Shown: piece after piece, positions 62,466-64,000 of the stretch
Position numbering within the stretch: the stretch's first letter is position 1
Layout of the letters: every line of letters begins with the position of its first letter
NCBI GenBank assembly: GCA_963759245.1
Contig: CAVWYN010000003.1
Span: 896,672 to 960,671 of the forward strand
Length of the DNA stretch: 64,000 nucleotides
Direction: 5' to 3'
Source: Vulcanimicrobiota bacterium
Lineage (GTDB): Bacteria > Vulcanimicrobiota > Vulcanimicrobiia > Vulcanimicrobiales > Vulcanimicrobiaceae
The notes under the pieces: model-generated
Seen by the model: the letters and a program-made list of their open reading frames with translations, nothing else
Database searches by the model: none
Told to the model about the DNA's origin: nothing
Made by a program: the position numbers and the translations under genes

Positions 62466-63332
62466 TCAGCCTCGCAGGGTGGCGGGCGTGACGCCGAGGA
62501 TTCGGCGCATGCAGCGCGCCATGTGGCTTTGGTTGGCGAAGCCGGCCTGCAACGCGACGTCCGCGAGCGGCGGGTCGCCGCACTGCAAGAGCTCGGCGGC
62601 GTATTCAACGCGACGGCGGATCACGTATTGATGCACCGGCATGCCGGCGGCTTGTTTGAAGAGCGTCTTGAAGTGCGACGGGCTGACGCCGGCGATCTTG
62701 GCTAGTTCCAGCAATGAGAGATCGCTTGCGATGTTGCCTTGCACGTAGTCGAAGACGCGCGCGAGGCGGCGGCGCGATAACTTTGCGTCGCCGAGCGGAG
62801 CGCATGCGGGCACGTACGTCTGCACGAGATGCGAGGCGAGCGCGAGGCCGAGACTTTCGCCGTACAGGCGACCCGCCGGGCCAGGGGTTTCGAGCTCGGC
62901 CTTGACAGCCCAACCTATGTGCTCGATGCGGGGATCGCGCACGTGGAGTTGCGGAGCGATCGCGACGCGCTCGGGATCGACGCCCATCGCGTCGGCGGCC
63001 CAAAAAATCAGCGACGGACTCACATACATCGAGAGCTTGACCGTCGCCGATTCGGTCTCCCAAACTCGCGGCATGCCGGGTGGAACGATCTTCACGTCAC
63101 CCGGAGCCTGAAGGCGCCGCAGCGTCTGTCCGTCGCAGCGGCTCGTGACCAGGAGAGGCCGGCCGACTTGCATGCTGACGTTATGGCGCACGAACTGCTG
63201 CTCGGAGAATCCCGCGGACGCCTCATATAGGATGGCCTCGAAGCCGCTCCAATGGCGATCCGTACTGCTCGAGCGGACGCGAAAAACCATCTCGCGGTCC
63301 TCGTGTCTGCTCCAAACACGCTCTTGCCACAT
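62466..63332 (-). CDS. AraC-family transcriptional regulator
   Basis: C-terminal double HTH (LSLLELAKIAGVSPSHFKTLFKQAAGMPVHQYV...ADVALQAGFANQSHMARCMRRILGVTP). Confidence 0.85.
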   Translation of the reverse strand: MWQERVWSRHEDREMVFRVRSSSTDRHWSGFEAILYEASAGFSEQQFVRHNVSMQVGRPLLVTSRCDGQTLRRLQAPGDVKIVPPGMPRVWETESATVKLSMYVSPSLIFWAADAMGVDPERVAIAPQLHVRDPRIEHIGWAVKAELETPGPAGRLYGESLGLALASHLVQTYVPACAPLGDAKLSRRRLARVFDYVQGNIASDLSLLELAKIAGVSPSHFKTLFKQAAGMPVHQYVIRRRVEYAAELLQCGDPPLADVALQAGFANQSHMARCMRRILGVTPATLRG

Positions 63333-63460
63333 CTTGAATTGCGGGTAACGCGCTGCGGAAGGGGATTGTGACTGGCTGATTGTGTTCTGGGCCGCCCGAT
63401 TGTGGGCGACAGCTTGGCCGCCGGCCGCTACGCTTACGCAAAAACGAGCTGGAGGTTCAC

Positions 63461-64000
63461 GTGAGAGACCGATTTATCGCTTCGATTTTTGCCTTCACGC
63501 TTCTGAGCGGATGCGCGTCGGGCAGCACGGGCAGCAGCGGCGTCGTTCCGCTGCGCGGCCTGCACCCGGCGGGCTCGAGCAGCGGATACACGATAACGAC
63601 GCTGCCGTCGCTCGGGGGAACGAACAGCGCCGCGAACTCGATCAACGAGCGTGGCGAGCCGATGGGGACTTCATTCTTATCGGGCAACACGACGATGCAT
63701 GCGGCGCTTTGGCGCGACGGCAACGTCGTCGATCTGAAAACGCTGGGTGGCCCGAACAGCGCGGTCGAATGGCCGGTCGAGAACGATCACGGATACATTT
63801 CGGGCATCTCCGAGACGTCGCATAAGGATCCGCTTGGGGAGAGCGCGAGTTGGAGCTGTCACGCGTTCCTGCCCGATAACGGCAGCTCGGGGGACACGTG
63901 TGTCGCCTTCGTCTGGCATGACGGCAAGATGCACGCGTTGCCCACGCTCGGCGGAAATAACGGATACGGAGCGGGCATGAACGAGGGCGGCGAGATCGCG
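63461..64000 (+). CDS. lipoprotein with HAF-like extracellular repeats (3' partial, runs off the window)
   Basis: GTG 63461 five nt after GGAGG. Lipobox LLSGCASG. Repeated (L)P(S/T)LGG.N..A..(I/M)NE.G units. Open frame to the window end, verified codon by codon. Not in the ORF track because it has no stop. Confidence 0.6.
   Translation, partial: MRDRFIASIFAFTLLSGCASGSTGSSGVVPLRGLHPAGSSSGYTITTLPSLGGTNSAANSINERGEPMGTSFLSGNTTMHAALWRDGNVVDLKTLGGPNSAVEWPVENDHGYISGISETSHKDPLGESASWSCHAFLPDNGSSGDTCVAFVWHDGKMHALPTLGGNNGYGAGMNEGGEIA

Overview
High-GC bacterial chromosome segment, probably a diderm soil-type organism, since a TonB-dependent receptor and many lipobox lipoproteins are present. No further taxonomic assignment is possible from the sequence. 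I found no transposase, integrase, CRISPR array, rRNA or recognisable phage or defence genes. About 1-24 kb holds ordinary metabolic, transport and regulatory genes. About 24.7-52 kb looks accessory: repeated beta-propeller lipoprotein genes, three paralogous HTH + helical-repeat regulators, an S41 peptidase, a STAND NTPase regulator, two PDZ/polytopic/GAF membrane proteins, a luxR-STAS-desaturase operon, an orphan small-gene triad and an arsR-arsI-aquaporin-arsC operon. 52.8-60.5 kb is the conserved tRNA-Arg/rpmG/tRNA-Trp/secE/nusG/rplK/rplA ... rplJ/rplL cluster, split between rplA and rplJ by about 3.8 kb of unrelated genes and not followed by rpoBC. Main unexplained signals: (1) a REP/BIME-like hairpin family, all copies in one orientation, including one in-frame inside a CDS and two fused to the CCA ends of tRNA genes; (2) apparent single-base +1 frameshifts in both nusG and rplJ; (3) the recurring regulator / S41 peptidase / propeller-lipoprotein neighbourhood, the best candidate for an undescribed signalling module. 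All product calls rest on motifs read by eye, with no database search.
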